Program-made: the position numbers and the translations under genes
Origin: a virus
Direction: 5' to 3' (one strand)
DNA length: 64,000 bases
Virus record (IMG/VR): IMGVR_UViG_3300001765_000030
Location: 64,001-128,000 of that record
Shown here: positions 28,208 through 37,632 of the stretch, piece after piece
How the letters are laid out: each line of letters starts with the position of its first letter
How positions within the stretch are numbered: position 1 is the stretch's first letter
Notes under the pieces: model-generated
Database searches by the model: none
The model's input: only the letters and a program-made list of their open reading frames with translations
What the model was told of the DNA's origin: nothing

Positions 28208-28278
28208 GATAGAGTCCTTTCTATTAAATTTTGAGGTGGTCGATATCTTATCTCCACTTGATTACCTCTAGATCCTAT

Positions 28279-28297
28279 CAATACTTAATATAGACAT
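28279..28297 (-). promoter_or_regulatory. Putative early promoter, GACAT variant
   Basis: CAATACTTAATATAGACAT. Confidence 0.6.
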
Positions 28298-28341
28298 TAA
28301 TAACTCTTTATTACAGAACCATAGTAAAATACCCACCTTAC

Positions 28342-28354
28342 AACATACCAATGT
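28342..28354 (+). promoter_or_regulatory. Putative late promoter
   Basis: AACA-taccaa-TGT. Confidence 0.7.
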
Positions 28355-28382
28355 AACGAAATTAATAGATTAAAGGTTTATT

Positions 28383-29057
28383 ATGGGTAAAACTTCTGTT
28401 GAAATCTCAGGCGTTGTATCCACTCCTACCACAAGTAATGTCATCATTTCTTCGTATAAGAGTGGAGATTTAGTTCCATTCTTTAAGGAAGAAGCTTATA
28501 GTGTTGATAACGCAAGTTTCATTCGATTTATTAAGAATGTTGAATCTCAAGTCCGTACTAGTAAAGAGTATAAAGCGTATATCAAGTATCTTAAAGAGGA
28601 GCTTGATCCGCCTTTAAACCACTGTATGGTATACAGCCAAATCACAGACTCTATGGCTCCTATTGAGATGCATCATGGTCCAATATTTACACTATTCGAT
28701 TATGTCGAGATTGTGATGAATTGGTGTTGGAAAAACCAAGTTGCATTCAGTTCATCCAAGATATATCATCTTGTAATGGAAGAACATCGATTAAACAACG
28801 TTCAAATCGTAATGTTATCTGAGGCAGTTCATAAAGCCGTGCATAACACTAATAAGGGTCAAAAACCTAGATTTCTCGATTACAAGATGGCTCATGGAGA
28901 CGTTGTATCTTTCTTAAATAAATATTATTCAGGTTTAACGTTTCAGCATATCGGTAAGCTTAAATCTTATACCGAGTCATATGAAGAAAATTCTGGTAAA
29001 TCTGAAGGATTCTTTGATGAATTTATAACCAAGTGGAACCAAGAGATAATGGTGTAA
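28383..29057 (+). CDS. HNH-fold conserved jumbo-phage protein
   Basis: HC...IEMHH...NNVQIVMLSEAVHKAVH spacing resembles His-Me finger. Confidence 0.5.
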   Translation: MGKTSVEISGVVSTPTTSNVIISSYKSGDLVPFFKEEAYSVDNASFIRFIKNVESQVRTSKEYKAYIKYLKEELDPPLNHCMVYSQITDSMAPIEMHHGPIFTLFDYVEIVMNWCWKNQVAFSSSKIYHLVMEEHRLNNVQIVMLSEAVHKAVHNTNKGQKPRFLDYKMAHGDVVSFLNKYYSGLTFQHIGKLKSYTESYEENSGKSEGFFDEFITKWNQEIMV

Positions 29058-29070
29058 CGGGAGTTTTAAT

Positions 29071-31563
29071 GTGAATATTGAAGATTTAATGTACGTAAGA
29101 GGAGGCAAAGACTTCTCGAGTATGATTCTTAAGTTCATGGATACCATTGTCGTTAAAAATGAACAAGAACTTAATATGTATGAGGATTCCGATTCCATAC
29201 GTTCATACAGAAAATACGCAAAGTGTTCTAACGAACTAACAACGTTTAGAGACCATGTTTACACTATAGATGATCTCCCTGCTAACTTAAAAGGAAAATC
29301 TCCTGAAGAGTTGGATATTCTGAATAAAGAAGGGGATGTTGAAACTAGAGAATTCATAGCGTCTCTTAGAAAAGAATTTACTGAAAATTATGTCGATAAG
29401 AATCAATATTGTGCAATGTTAATGGGTAAGCCTGTAAATGCTTCACAATTCATTTTTGTCCGTAATGACGATACACCTAATTTGACAGATGAAATTGCTC
29501 TCCATTTAGTAAACCCTATAGATCATCCCAATACATATACTCGTTTGTATGTAAGTGGAGATTTAAGAGAGTTAATCTCTACACACGGTGAACAATGTCA
29601 ATATTTGAAATATATCGGCAAGGATATCTCTATCGAGATGATCCGCGAATCAGAACAGTTTGATCTATTGTGGTATGATAAAAGTATACTTACAGATAGT
29701 ATAGATATTGAGAATTTCTTGAAATCTTACCATACTGTAAAAGAATTTATCATGAAAAATAAGTACATTCGAAATCTTGAATCTATGTATGATCATTATT
29801 CTAATATGGAATTATTGATCATCTTAATGGGAACTTTTCAGAAGATATGTATATCATACCTAGATAAGTACTCACTGAGAAATTACACAGATAGAGAGAT
29901 TTACGATATACTTGAATCCCACAATCTTAAAGATCTTAAACCTGTAAGTATGTCGGTGTTGAGAAATGTTGTTGAGAATATCGATAACCTTCTCGCATAT
30001 AGAGGTACTGAGGAGATTCTTGCTAAGATTGTCGATGTTGTTTCAAAGGATAAATCTAAAGAACTTCAAATTAAGAAGTTCGACCTTGTAAAGACTTTCA
30101 AATCTAGAAGTGAAATTGATCCATCTAAACCGTATGATGAAAGTTTTGATCTTGCATTTATCGGTAGAGAAGTCGCTTCAACATTCAAAGATCGAGACAC
30201 ATTCGAAGAACCAGTTGCGTATACAGATATAGTTCTAAAAGATCCCTCATGGGGAGCTAATGGCCTATATAATACTGAATCTGGTAAACTATTTGCGGTA
30301 AATAAGGTTCGAGATAAGATACTTAAAATGCAATTTAATAAGTTGAATACTAAGTATCTCGGAGTTGTTGGGAGATTGAATCTCAATGAGATTTACGATC
30401 GAATGATTCATAAGATTGGTTTAATAATCCAGTATTATGGAGGATTTAGTAAGATTCCTGACAATTCTGGTTATTTTGAAGATATGCCTGTATCTTTACT
30501 TGATCTATTTAGTTCAGCATATTACGTGCTGAGAAACTTGGATAAGCGTCAAGATGATACAATTCCTGTAAGTGATGTTAATAGCATTGATGCAAGATGT
30601 TGGACATATTTAAACGTAATGAAACTTAATATGATACCTGTGAAAGATACAATTCAAATCTTGAAGAATCTTACATTTATGCCATATTTAAGTGACTATA
30701 CGGTATTCGTTGGAGATTTTTTAACGGATGCTGAAATTGGTAAATACGTTTATTCTTTCAACGACATATCTAACACTTTCAGTTCAATAGTTAATCAGTT
30801 TGACGATGCGTACAATAAGTTTACAGATTTAGGAGTTAGATCTACTGAATCTGATGAATATATGCAAGCAATGTCTTGGAAAACTATTTATGATTGGTTT
30901 AGAGTAACTGCTACTGCTGAAGCTGATTACGCCGGATTTACAGTCTTTCCAAATTTCTTGAGCACTAAAAATCCTCAATTCTTTGGAGAGATAGATAAAC
31001 GTATACGTACAGCTGCTCCAACTGTTGCGGGTGGTTTAGAGATTGAAGCTCTTGGTAAGAGTTTGATTGATACGTTTAAGGATGTTATCTCTCCAATTAT
31101 CGGAGAAGAGAATATTGGAACTGATACGAATATTGTTGAAAACTACAGTAGAGATTTAAATCTTCTGATTAAAGCTTTCGTCTCAATATATGTTGAACTT
31201 AGAGAAATTAATATCTATATTGATTTATCTGACACTCCTTATAATAGGACTCAGGTAATGGATAGATATGATTTCGAGTTCTTCACTTCGTATGAAGATC
31301 TTGTAATGCTCTCTCATGATTTTAGTATATTCGAATTTGATGTATTTAAAGATTATATTGAATTAAATGAGAGTATTCGGAGTGATGATACATCTGACGT
31401 AAATCTTTTCATTGACGTTAATGATGAGTATAGTTTTGAATATAGATCTGAAGAACAACTTCTTGTCGAAATTGTTGATGATTATAATGAAGTTCAAAGT
31501 AATTATCATCCTGAAAAACTGACTTTAACTGATGAGTTTAGTATAGAGGATTATATACCATGA
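29071..31563 (+). CDS. Putative baseplate/tail structural protein, 830 aa
   Basis: GTG start behind GGGAG; YCAMLMGKP and RGTEEILAKI motifs like jumbo-phage wedge proteins. Confidence 0.5.
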   Translation: MNIEDLMYVRGGKDFSSMILKFMDTIVVKNEQELNMYEDSDSIRSYRKYAKCSNELTTFRDHVYTIDDLPANLKGKSPEELDILNKEGDVETREFIASLRKEFTENYVDKNQYCAMLMGKPVNASQFIFVRNDDTPNLTDEIALHLVNPIDHPNTYTRLYVSGDLRELISTHGEQCQYLKYIGKDISIEMIRESEQFDLLWYDKSILTDSIDIENFLKSYHTVKEFIMKNKYIRNLESMYDHYSNMELLIILMGTFQKICISYLDKYSLRNYTDREIYDILESHNLKDLKPVSMSVLRNVVENIDNLLAYRGTEEILAKIVDVVSKDKSKELQIKKFDLVKTFKSRSEIDPSKPYDESFDLAFIGREVASTFKDRDTFEEPVAYTDIVLKDPSWGANGLYNTESGKLFAVNKVRDKILKMQFNKLNTKYLGVVGRLNLNEIYDRMIHKIGLIIQYYGGFSKIPDNSGYFEDMPVSLLDLFSSAYYVLRNLDKRQDDTIPVSDVNSIDARCWTYLNVMKLNMIPVKDTIQILKNLTFMPYLSDYTVFVGDFLTDAEIGKYVYSFNDISNTFSSIVNQFDDAYNKFTDLGVRSTESDEYMQAMSWKTIYDWFRVTATAEADYAGFTVFPNFLSTKNPQFFGEIDKRIRTAAPTVAGGLEIEALGKSLIDTFKDVISPIIGEENIGTDTNIVENYSRDLNLLIKAFVSIYVELREINIYIDLSDTPYNRTQVMDRYDFEFFTSYEDLVMLSHDFSIFEFDVFKDYIELNESIRSDDTSDVNLFIDVNDEYSFEYRSEEQLLVEIVDDYNEVQSNYHPEKLTLTDEFSIEDYIP

Positions 31564-31751
31564 CTATCTTAGATGAAGAAATGATTGCATCTGCCGAATC
31601 GTCGGGTGTTAATCATAATATTGTCGATGAAGAAAATCGCATAGTGACATGTATCAATTCAAATGGGGTTGATAAAGTTAGATCTATGATAGAAGCACGA
31701 GCACCTCTAAAAGGTGTTGAAATTTTTACAATAAGCGATTATAAACCTTAA
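31560..31751 (+). CDS. Small hypothetical protein
   Basis: GAGG RBS; ATGA overlap. Confidence 0.6.
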   Translation: MTILDEEMIASAESSGVNHNIVDEENRIVTCINSNGVDKVRSMIEARAPLKGVEIFTISDYKP

Positions 31752-31762
31752 GGAGAAATTTT

Positions 31763-32677
31763 ATGTTTTCTGAAAACTTGAAACATAATACCATCGTTGA
31801 AATCTTTGATACAGATAAGAATGGTATCCAAACCCATGAGCAAACGACTCATAATACCACAGTTCTTGGCGGTAGAGCTGCTACTCTCGAAATGGTGTTT
31901 AGAAACGGGTTTACCCCATCTCAACACCTTTCACTTGAAACTACGCTTCGTCTTAAAAAGACTGAAGGTGGAGCTGACAACTATGAAAATCCAACATCTG
32001 CAAGTGCAATGGATACAACAGTTGCTGCGGACTGGAATGATAGACATATCAGTTATTTCTGTGTAGGAAATAGCGGCATTAACTATGAAAGTCCTCTCAC
32101 AATGGCTGAACCTGGAAATTACGAGACTCGTCTCTATAATATGATTCCATTCCGCTGTGTACCAATTGCTAATGATTCCACGATCATGACATCGATTGAA
32201 CGTGCAAAATATGCAATGCGTCGTAAAGAAAAAATCGGAAATTCGTGGTATTATACTTATTACCTGAAAAAATTCGATCCGGGCGTATTGCATATGATCG
32301 ATGCAAATGGAGTTCCATATACTCCAGTTGATGCGAATAACGCTGCAGTTAATCCTGGTTCTGCAACTCAACACCCTCTTCAGAATAATGCGATCTATAC
32401 TCATTATAAATTTGAGCTTCTCGTTGAACCTACAGATTTTAAAGAGTATTTTAAAGTTATGTTTGGAAGTCTTAACGGCGCGAAGATTACCGAATTTGGA
32501 CTCTGTATGGTAAATACCACTGCAGGTACAGCTAAAGATGGTATGGTTACTGAGCCTAATGGTCCAACTTACAAAGAAGTTCGTAACGTTGAACTTTACA
32601 GTAAGATTGTACATGCTCCTTCTTACATGAATATCGAAGAGAATGGTAAACTTATCAGATATTCAATTCTTTCATAA
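31763..32677 (+). CDS. Putative baseplate structural protein
   Basis: HNTTVLGGR..LE..F, YFCVG..G, MIPFR, YYLKKF, ITEFGL pattern of phiKZ-like virion proteins. Confidence 0.55.
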   Translation: MFSENLKHNTIVEIFDTDKNGIQTHEQTTHNTTVLGGRAATLEMVFRNGFTPSQHLSLETTLRLKKTEGGADNYENPTSASAMDTTVAADWNDRHISYFCVGNSGINYESPLTMAEPGNYETRLYNMIPFRCVPIANDSTIMTSIERAKYAMRRKEKIGNSWYYTYYLKKFDPGVLHMIDANGVPYTPVDANNAAVNPGSATQHPLQNNAIYTHYKFELLVEPTDFKEYFKVMFGSLNGAKITEFGLCMVNTTAGTAKDGMVTEPNGPTYKEVRNVELYSKIVHAPSYMNIEENGKLIRYSILS

Positions 32678-32687
32678 GGATTGAAAA

Positions 32688-33890
32688 ATGAAAATTGAGG
32701 AGATACTTGCAATTCTCAATAATCCAAGTGGTATATCTGCAAAAGATATATTAGTGTTTAGAAACGTTGTTCCAGAGGTTAAACCTGACGGATCATTTGC
32801 GGTTAAAAAGAATGATTTTACTTTAGCTAGTAAAATCATTCTTAATCCGGGAGATGTCATAAATCTGGATAAACAAATCGAAACCACAATTGGACGAGCT
32901 ATTGTTAACAGGCTTATTAGAATTGATCCATTCGGTAAATATTTCCCATATGTCGATGGTCCAGTATTGATCAATGATTTTATTAATGAATGCACTGTTC
33001 ATCTTATGAATGGTAAGATTAATACTGATCAAATGATTAAACTCTTCGATAACGCTGTATGGTTGACACGTTTTGCAGATATGGCTCTTCCAAGTCTTTC
33101 TAGAAAGATATTGGTAACGCCTAAGAAATCTATAGCTTTACGTGAAAAATTGGTTAAAGAGCATGCTGATGTAATTGCTAATGGCGATATATCTTATGTA
33201 TCTAAAGTTGAAGATCCTGTACTTGCGTCTATAGTTGATGAGATTAAAGATGATCCTAGTTACATATTGTATAAGTTGGGTAAACCTGATAAAGGTAACC
33301 ATCTTAAACAAACTGTTGGAACATTCTCGCCGATTGCAGACCCTACTACAGGGAAGTATGGTATTCCTGAAGGAAATTTGATGACCGGACTGAATCCTGA
33401 AGATTATAACTTGTGGGCAAATATGAATATTAATGGTTCATATGGTCGAGCAGTTCAGACTCAGGATGGTGGATCTATCGTTAAATCTCTATACGGTTCG
33501 ATGAACTCGGTATCGGCTGGTCCTAAAGATAGTGATTGTAAAACTACGATCTACAAGAAAGTTTTACTTACAAAAACTAATAAGAAACTGTATATGTGGA
33601 ATTATTTCAATGATGGTGGTAAACTTACACTTCTAACTCCAGATAATTTTAAAGATTATGTCGGTAAGATATGTATGTTTAGATCTCCATTATTCTGCAA
33701 AGAACAAAATCCTTTCATTGTTTGTAATAAATGTTGTGGGGAGATTCCATATAGAACAAACCTTCTTTCTATAGGAAGTTTAACTTCACGAGTTGGATTT
33801 AACTTCGTACAGTTAAGTTTGAAAGGTTTCCACAATAATACGATTAGTCTATTAGAGTTGAATCCTTTTGAATTCATGACGGTTAAATAA
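32688..33890 (+). CDS. Virion RNA polymerase beta-prime C-terminal subunit (phiKZ gp80-like)
   Basis: TTIGRAIVN; GRAVQTQDGG bridge-helix region; SDCKT, RSPLFC, CNKCCG Zn site; SLKGFH trigger-loop-like. Confidence 0.9.
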   Translation: MKIEEILAILNNPSGISAKDILVFRNVVPEVKPDGSFAVKKNDFTLASKIILNPGDVINLDKQIETTIGRAIVNRLIRIDPFGKYFPYVDGPVLINDFINECTVHLMNGKINTDQMIKLFDNAVWLTRFADMALPSLSRKILVTPKKSIALREKLVKEHADVIANGDISYVSKVEDPVLASIVDEIKDDPSYILYKLGKPDKGNHLKQTVGTFSPIADPTTGKYGIPEGNLMTGLNPEDYNLWANMNINGSYGRAVQTQDGGSIVKSLYGSMNSVSAGPKDSDCKTTIYKKVLLTKTNKKLYMWNYFNDGGKLTLLTPDNFKDYVGKICMFRSPLFCKEQNPFIVCNKCCGEIPYRTNLLSIGSLTSRVGFNFVQLSLKGFHNNTISLLELNPFEFMTVK

Positions 33891-33893
33891 AAA

Positions 33894-33924
33894 AAAAGAG
33901 GAGGGCCAATGTCCCTCCTCTTTT
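33894..33924. terminator. Bidirectional terminator
   Basis: AAAAGAGGAGGG-ccaatgt-CCCTCCTCTTTT. Confidence 0.85.
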
Positions 33925-34147
33925 AATTTAGATGCATGTATGGTTTATACTTGCACGCGTCTTTTACTACTGCAAAGATGTCCATAATGGACATCTCCGC
34001 AACGCCGCGCATATCCACGTCTTTTCCATGTAGATATGCGATGATTGCATCCTCCGCAGAGAATGCTTGCTCATTCGGGATTTTTCCCGAATGAACCTGT
34101 CGAGCGGCAGCCTGTACAACCCACTCGATAATTTCTAAACTGGCCAT
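33923..34147 (-). CDS. Hypothetical protein, GC-rich (antisense cassette 4)
   Basis: AGGAG RBS; own promoter; about 45% GC by hand count over 33921-34140. Confidence 0.7.
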   Translation of the reverse strand: MASLEIIEWVVQAAARQVHSGKIPNEQAFSAEDAIIAYLHGKDVDMRGVAEMSIMDIFAVVKDACKYKPYMHLN

Positions 34148-34180
34148 ATATAACTCCTATATGTTTATTATACTAAGTGC

Positions 34181-34199
34181 CATAATAGTATATAGACAT
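34181..34199 (-). promoter_or_regulatory. Putative early promoter, GACAT variant
   Basis: CATAATAGTATATAGACAT. Confidence 0.6.
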
Positions 34200-34226
34200 C
34201 ATCAATTGATTAATACAAAAAAAAGA

Positions 34227-34248
34227 TAATGGGGATTTCTCCCCATTA
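34227..34248 (-). terminator. Intrinsic terminator
   Basis: TAATGGGGA-tttc-TCCCCATTA with A-tract on left. Confidence 0.85.
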
Positions 34249-34256
34249 CCAATATT

Positions 34257-34742
34257 TTACTTAAGTTCATATTCTGTAGGGATGTGATCTTCATCACATC
34301 CTTCAGCTGGTGTAGTTGATACATCAGCTTCATATGTACAGTGATTATCAAGAGAATATCCGCATTTTGTAGGTGTAAGGTAATTTGTACCATTTTCTAT
34401 GACAATAGTTGCAACAAACGTAACTGGAACTTCAACTTTGATTTCAAACCCGCCAAATAGTGCGGTTTCAAGAACTTCAATAAGTTCTCTATATCCAAAC
34501 TGAGAAGGTAAACACTCGTCATGTGAGAAGTTTGGAGCGAACTCACCTTCCATAGACCCACCACAATAAGGACAGTTTTTACCATGATTGTCATCATAGA
34601 TGCGTGAAAATACTACATCTCTTTCTTCGTCAGGACTCTTGAAGAAATGGATCATTCCGTTAGGATGGTTTATGATAATATGATCATAATCATCAGCGAA
34701 TTTTTCAATTACAACGTCTTCTCTCTTTGCAAATTCAGACAT
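34257..34742 (-). CDS. Hypothetical protein with CPYC motif
   Basis: GGAGG RBS; early motif upstream. Confidence 0.75.
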   Translation of the reverse strand: MSEFAKREDVVIEKFADDYDHIIINHPNGMIHFFKSPDEERDVVFSRIYDDNHGKNCPYCGGSMEGEFAPNFSHDECLPSQFGYRELIEVLETALFGGFEIKVEVPVTFVATIVIENGTNYLTPTKCGYSLDNHCTYEADVSTTPAEGCDEDHIPTEYELK

Positions 34743-34790
34743 AAAGTCTCCTCCATAAAATAATTATACTTAGTAGATTGTCTACTTATT

Positions 34791-34830
34791 CATTATTTAA
34801 TATATAGTTTAAACTATATATTAAATAATG
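34791..34830. repeat. Perfect 40-bp palindrome formed by two back-to-back early-promoter motifs
   Basis: CATTATTTAATATATAGTTT-AAACTATATATTAAATAATG. Confidence 0.9.
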
Positions 34831-34894
34831 GTAAGACAATTGATATAGTATTCAGATAGTATACTATATAAACTTTTTAAAAATGGAGAGAGAT

Positions 34895-35857
34895 ATGAAA
34901 TCTCAAGGAAGAAGTATCATTAACGAAATCGGATTCGCATTGTACTCGAAGTTCGATGAACTCTACTCAATCGGATACAACAGAACTGTAAACAGATTTT
35001 ATGAACCATCAAGTCATGTGATGCGGGATATACAACGTCGAAACAAGGTTATATTCTATAAGAATATAATCAAACATGCTTTGAAGACACGCAAATTCAA
35101 AATTGCCGGAAAACTTCAACTCCCTAAAGGTGTTGACGGTGGCCATTATGTCAATCCTGCATACCTCAAGAATCCAATTCACGATATTACATTGGATATG
35201 TGTAAAACGTTTCTTTCACAATCAATTATGGACGAACGCCTTACGGAAAGTGATTTGAATATTGTTGAGCACTTGTACAACGTCGTAAAGGATATCAACG
35301 ATGAAGAACTTACTGAAAGCGTATGGTCAAGTACGGTATCTGTAGCAGATTCTGTGCCAGATCTCTATGATTCTGTCAAAAGTAGTATGAAGATTTCCGA
35401 CGTGGAGAATAAATTTGCAGACATGACGATGTATGAATACCCTGACAGCTACAATCTGTTCTATGATGAAATGGTTAGTGATATTAACCTTATATCTCGT
35501 ACGGAAATATTCTGTGAGAGTTCGAATATGGACGTGGCTTGGAAATTCCAGGTAAGATCTATACTGATCGTGATGATGTCAATCGTTTACAGATTTGCTG
35601 AGACTCGTATGGGGGTTGCCGCAAAGATATTTGTATATCGTCCGAAAGCTGATAGTGCAAGTGCTGTTTCAGATTATCGTTCAAAAGCGTTTCTCAACAC
35701 TGTAAAAGAAGCTGAAACGATCATTGAAAAATCTAAAAGACAAACCTCAAATACTGCCTTTGGAATGGTTGAAGATATCATTGATACACAACCTGTTACA
35801 GCTAGAATTGAGGCTGCAAAAAGTGATAGTGTCGAATTGTTTGGAATTTTGAAGTAA
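34895..35857 (+). CDS. Hypothetical protein
   Basis: Start moved to ATG 34895 behind GGAG; downstream of palindromic promoter. Confidence 0.75.
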   Translation: MKSQGRSIINEIGFALYSKFDELYSIGYNRTVNRFYEPSSHVMRDIQRRNKVIFYKNIIKHALKTRKFKIAGKLQLPKGVDGGHYVNPAYLKNPIHDITLDMCKTFLSQSIMDERLTESDLNIVEHLYNVVKDINDEELTESVWSSTVSVADSVPDLYDSVKSSMKISDVENKFADMTMYEYPDSYNLFYDEMVSDINLISRTEIFCESSNMDVAWKFQVRSILIVMMSIVYRFAETRMGVAAKIFVYRPKADSASAVSDYRSKAFLNTVKEAETIIEKSKRQTSNTAFGMVEDIIDTQPVTARIEAAKSDSVELFGILK

Positions 35858-35860
35858 TAG

Positions 35861-35888
35861 AATAGTAGGGGATTTCTCCCCTACTATT
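35861..35888. terminator. Bidirectional terminator
   Basis: AATAGTAGGGGA-tttc-TCCCCTACTATT. Confidence 0.9.
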
Positions 35889-35893
35889 TTTTT

Positions 35894-37624
35894 TTATCGC
35901 GCTTTACGAACTAGTTCTTTAAGCTCTTTAGTACCAATAATACCCAGAGCTTCAAGTGACTTATAATAACCAGCATGTACCGCAGCATATGCTTTAATAT
36001 TACGCTTATCGTTTTCATCGAATGATCCGTGACTTTCAGTTGCAATTTTCATTGAACTCTTAAACGCAAATACTTCGTAAAGATTCTCTTCAGAAAGATG
36101 AGATCCTTTAGGGTTTCCGCTAAAGAAATCGTCAACGATATCAGAATAATCTTTTGTAGAATAAGCAGTTTCAAGCATTTCCTTAACTCGTGTAGCTTCT
36201 TTACCGAAGTCGACAATGAGTTCAGGTTTAACAATCTGAGCAGTTTTGTAGTAAATAGATTTAAGTCTATTTGCATTCATCTGTCTAAGACCGTCAGCAG
36301 CAGCCGCAGATTTAAGTCCAGAGTTGATCTCTTTAAGACGTTTTGCACGTTCAGCTGGAACATGTTCCATACCTGCAACAACGTATTCTTGAAGAACTTC
36401 TTCACGAACGTCAACCGCTTTAACATACTCATCATAACTAATAACTTCATCAGCTTTCGCAGATTTAAGTTCAAAGTTTTCAAGAGCCATCTGAAGGAAA
36501 GATTCGGCAGATTCGATAGGAACGACACTCTTCTTTACAAGAATTTCAATGTCGTTGATACGTTTAGCTTTGTCATTCTCATCAGTCTTCATGTTTGCCA
36601 TTTTAGCAATCACTTGAAGAGTATCTGCATCACGTTTAGCAGCAGGCTCATCTCCACGTCCGAAACCAAGATTACGGAATGAAGAGAATACTCCATCGAC
36701 ATCACCCTGAGCTTCAGAGAAGATTTTGTTGAAAGCATCTACACTTGACGTATCAAGTTCACGAGTTTCAATCGCATCAGCTTTAACAGCTTCAATACGT
36801 TTCTGTACGAAATCAACGTCAGCTTTATAGCTACCGTTATCTTCGCATGTAAGAAGCATATCAACGAGTTTATGTTTCGTGAAACTTCCTTTTTCCATTT
36901 CAAGAGCAAATCTTGTAGCAGTTACAGGAATACGACTCTTGATGAACTCAGTTGAATCGAAACGAGCAGCTTCGATTGCAGCTTCAGGATCTGGAGCAAG
37001 AGCTTTCTTTTGTTCTTCAGCGGCATCATTTACCTTTTGGAATTCAGTAAGTACCACACGAGTTGCAGCAGATTTTTCTTCAGCATCAGAGATAGACTCT
37101 TTTACTTCATCAGAAACTGATTCAACAACATCATTTTCTTCAGGTTCAAGCTCTACTTCAGTCTCTTCATTCATAGATTCTGAAAGCTCAAGATTGAGAT
37201 CATCACTTTCGAATGCAGAAACAATTTTAGAAATTACAGCTTTACGATCATCAAATGATTCAGCTGCAATGAAAAGTTCTTTTTTGAGTTCATTTACACG
37301 GAAAGAAGATTCCTGCGATACGAATTTGTGGATCGTAGAAGCAAGTCTTTCAGCATAAGTTGACATCAATCCGCCACTTTCAAGAGCCTGGGCAATGCGT
37401 TTGTTCGATATATTTGGAAGAACTTCACTTGTAAAGTTCTTAGCAATTACCGAAACTGCGCTTTCAGTTCCGAGAGCAGGGTTAACTTTAACCATTACTT
37501 TAGCAGTAATTCCAGCAATTCTTTTACCAAATATTGCTCCGGAAGCACGTTTTTGGAATTTAGAACTCTCTTCAGAAATAATAGAAAGAATTTCTTCTCT
37601 ATTAATAGATGTAATACTCATCAC
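35894..37624 (-). CDS. Putative processed head/scaffold-like protein
   Basis: Helical, acidic; ALES, SQES, AAES, AFES, ATES motifs; strong codon bias. Confidence 0.55.
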   Translation of the reverse strand: MMSITSINREEILSIISEESSKFQKRASGAIFGKRIAGITAKVMVKVNPALGTESAVSVIAKNFTSEVLPNISNKRIAQALESGGLMSTYAERLASTIHKFVSQESSFRVNELKKELFIAAESFDDRKAVISKIVSAFESDDLNLELSESMNEETEVELEPEENDVVESVSDEVKESISDAEEKSAATRVVLTEFQKVNDAAEEQKKALAPDPEAAIEAARFDSTEFIKSRIPVTATRFALEMEKGSFTKHKLVDMLLTCEDNGSYKADVDFVQKRIEAVKADAIETRELDTSSVDAFNKIFSEAQGDVDGVFSSFRNLGFGRGDEPAAKRDADTLQVIAKMANMKTDENDKAKRINDIEILVKKSVVPIESAESFLQMALENFELKSAKADEVISYDEYVKAVDVREEVLQEYVVAGMEHVPAERAKRLKEINSGLKSAAAADGLRQMNANRLKSIYYKTAQIVKPELIVDFGKEATRVKEMLETAYSTKDYSDIVDDFFSGNPKGSHLSEENLYEVFAFKSSMKIATESHGSFDENDKRNIKAYAAVHAGYYKSLEALGIIGTKELKELVRKAR

Positions 37625-37632
37625 AATCTCCT

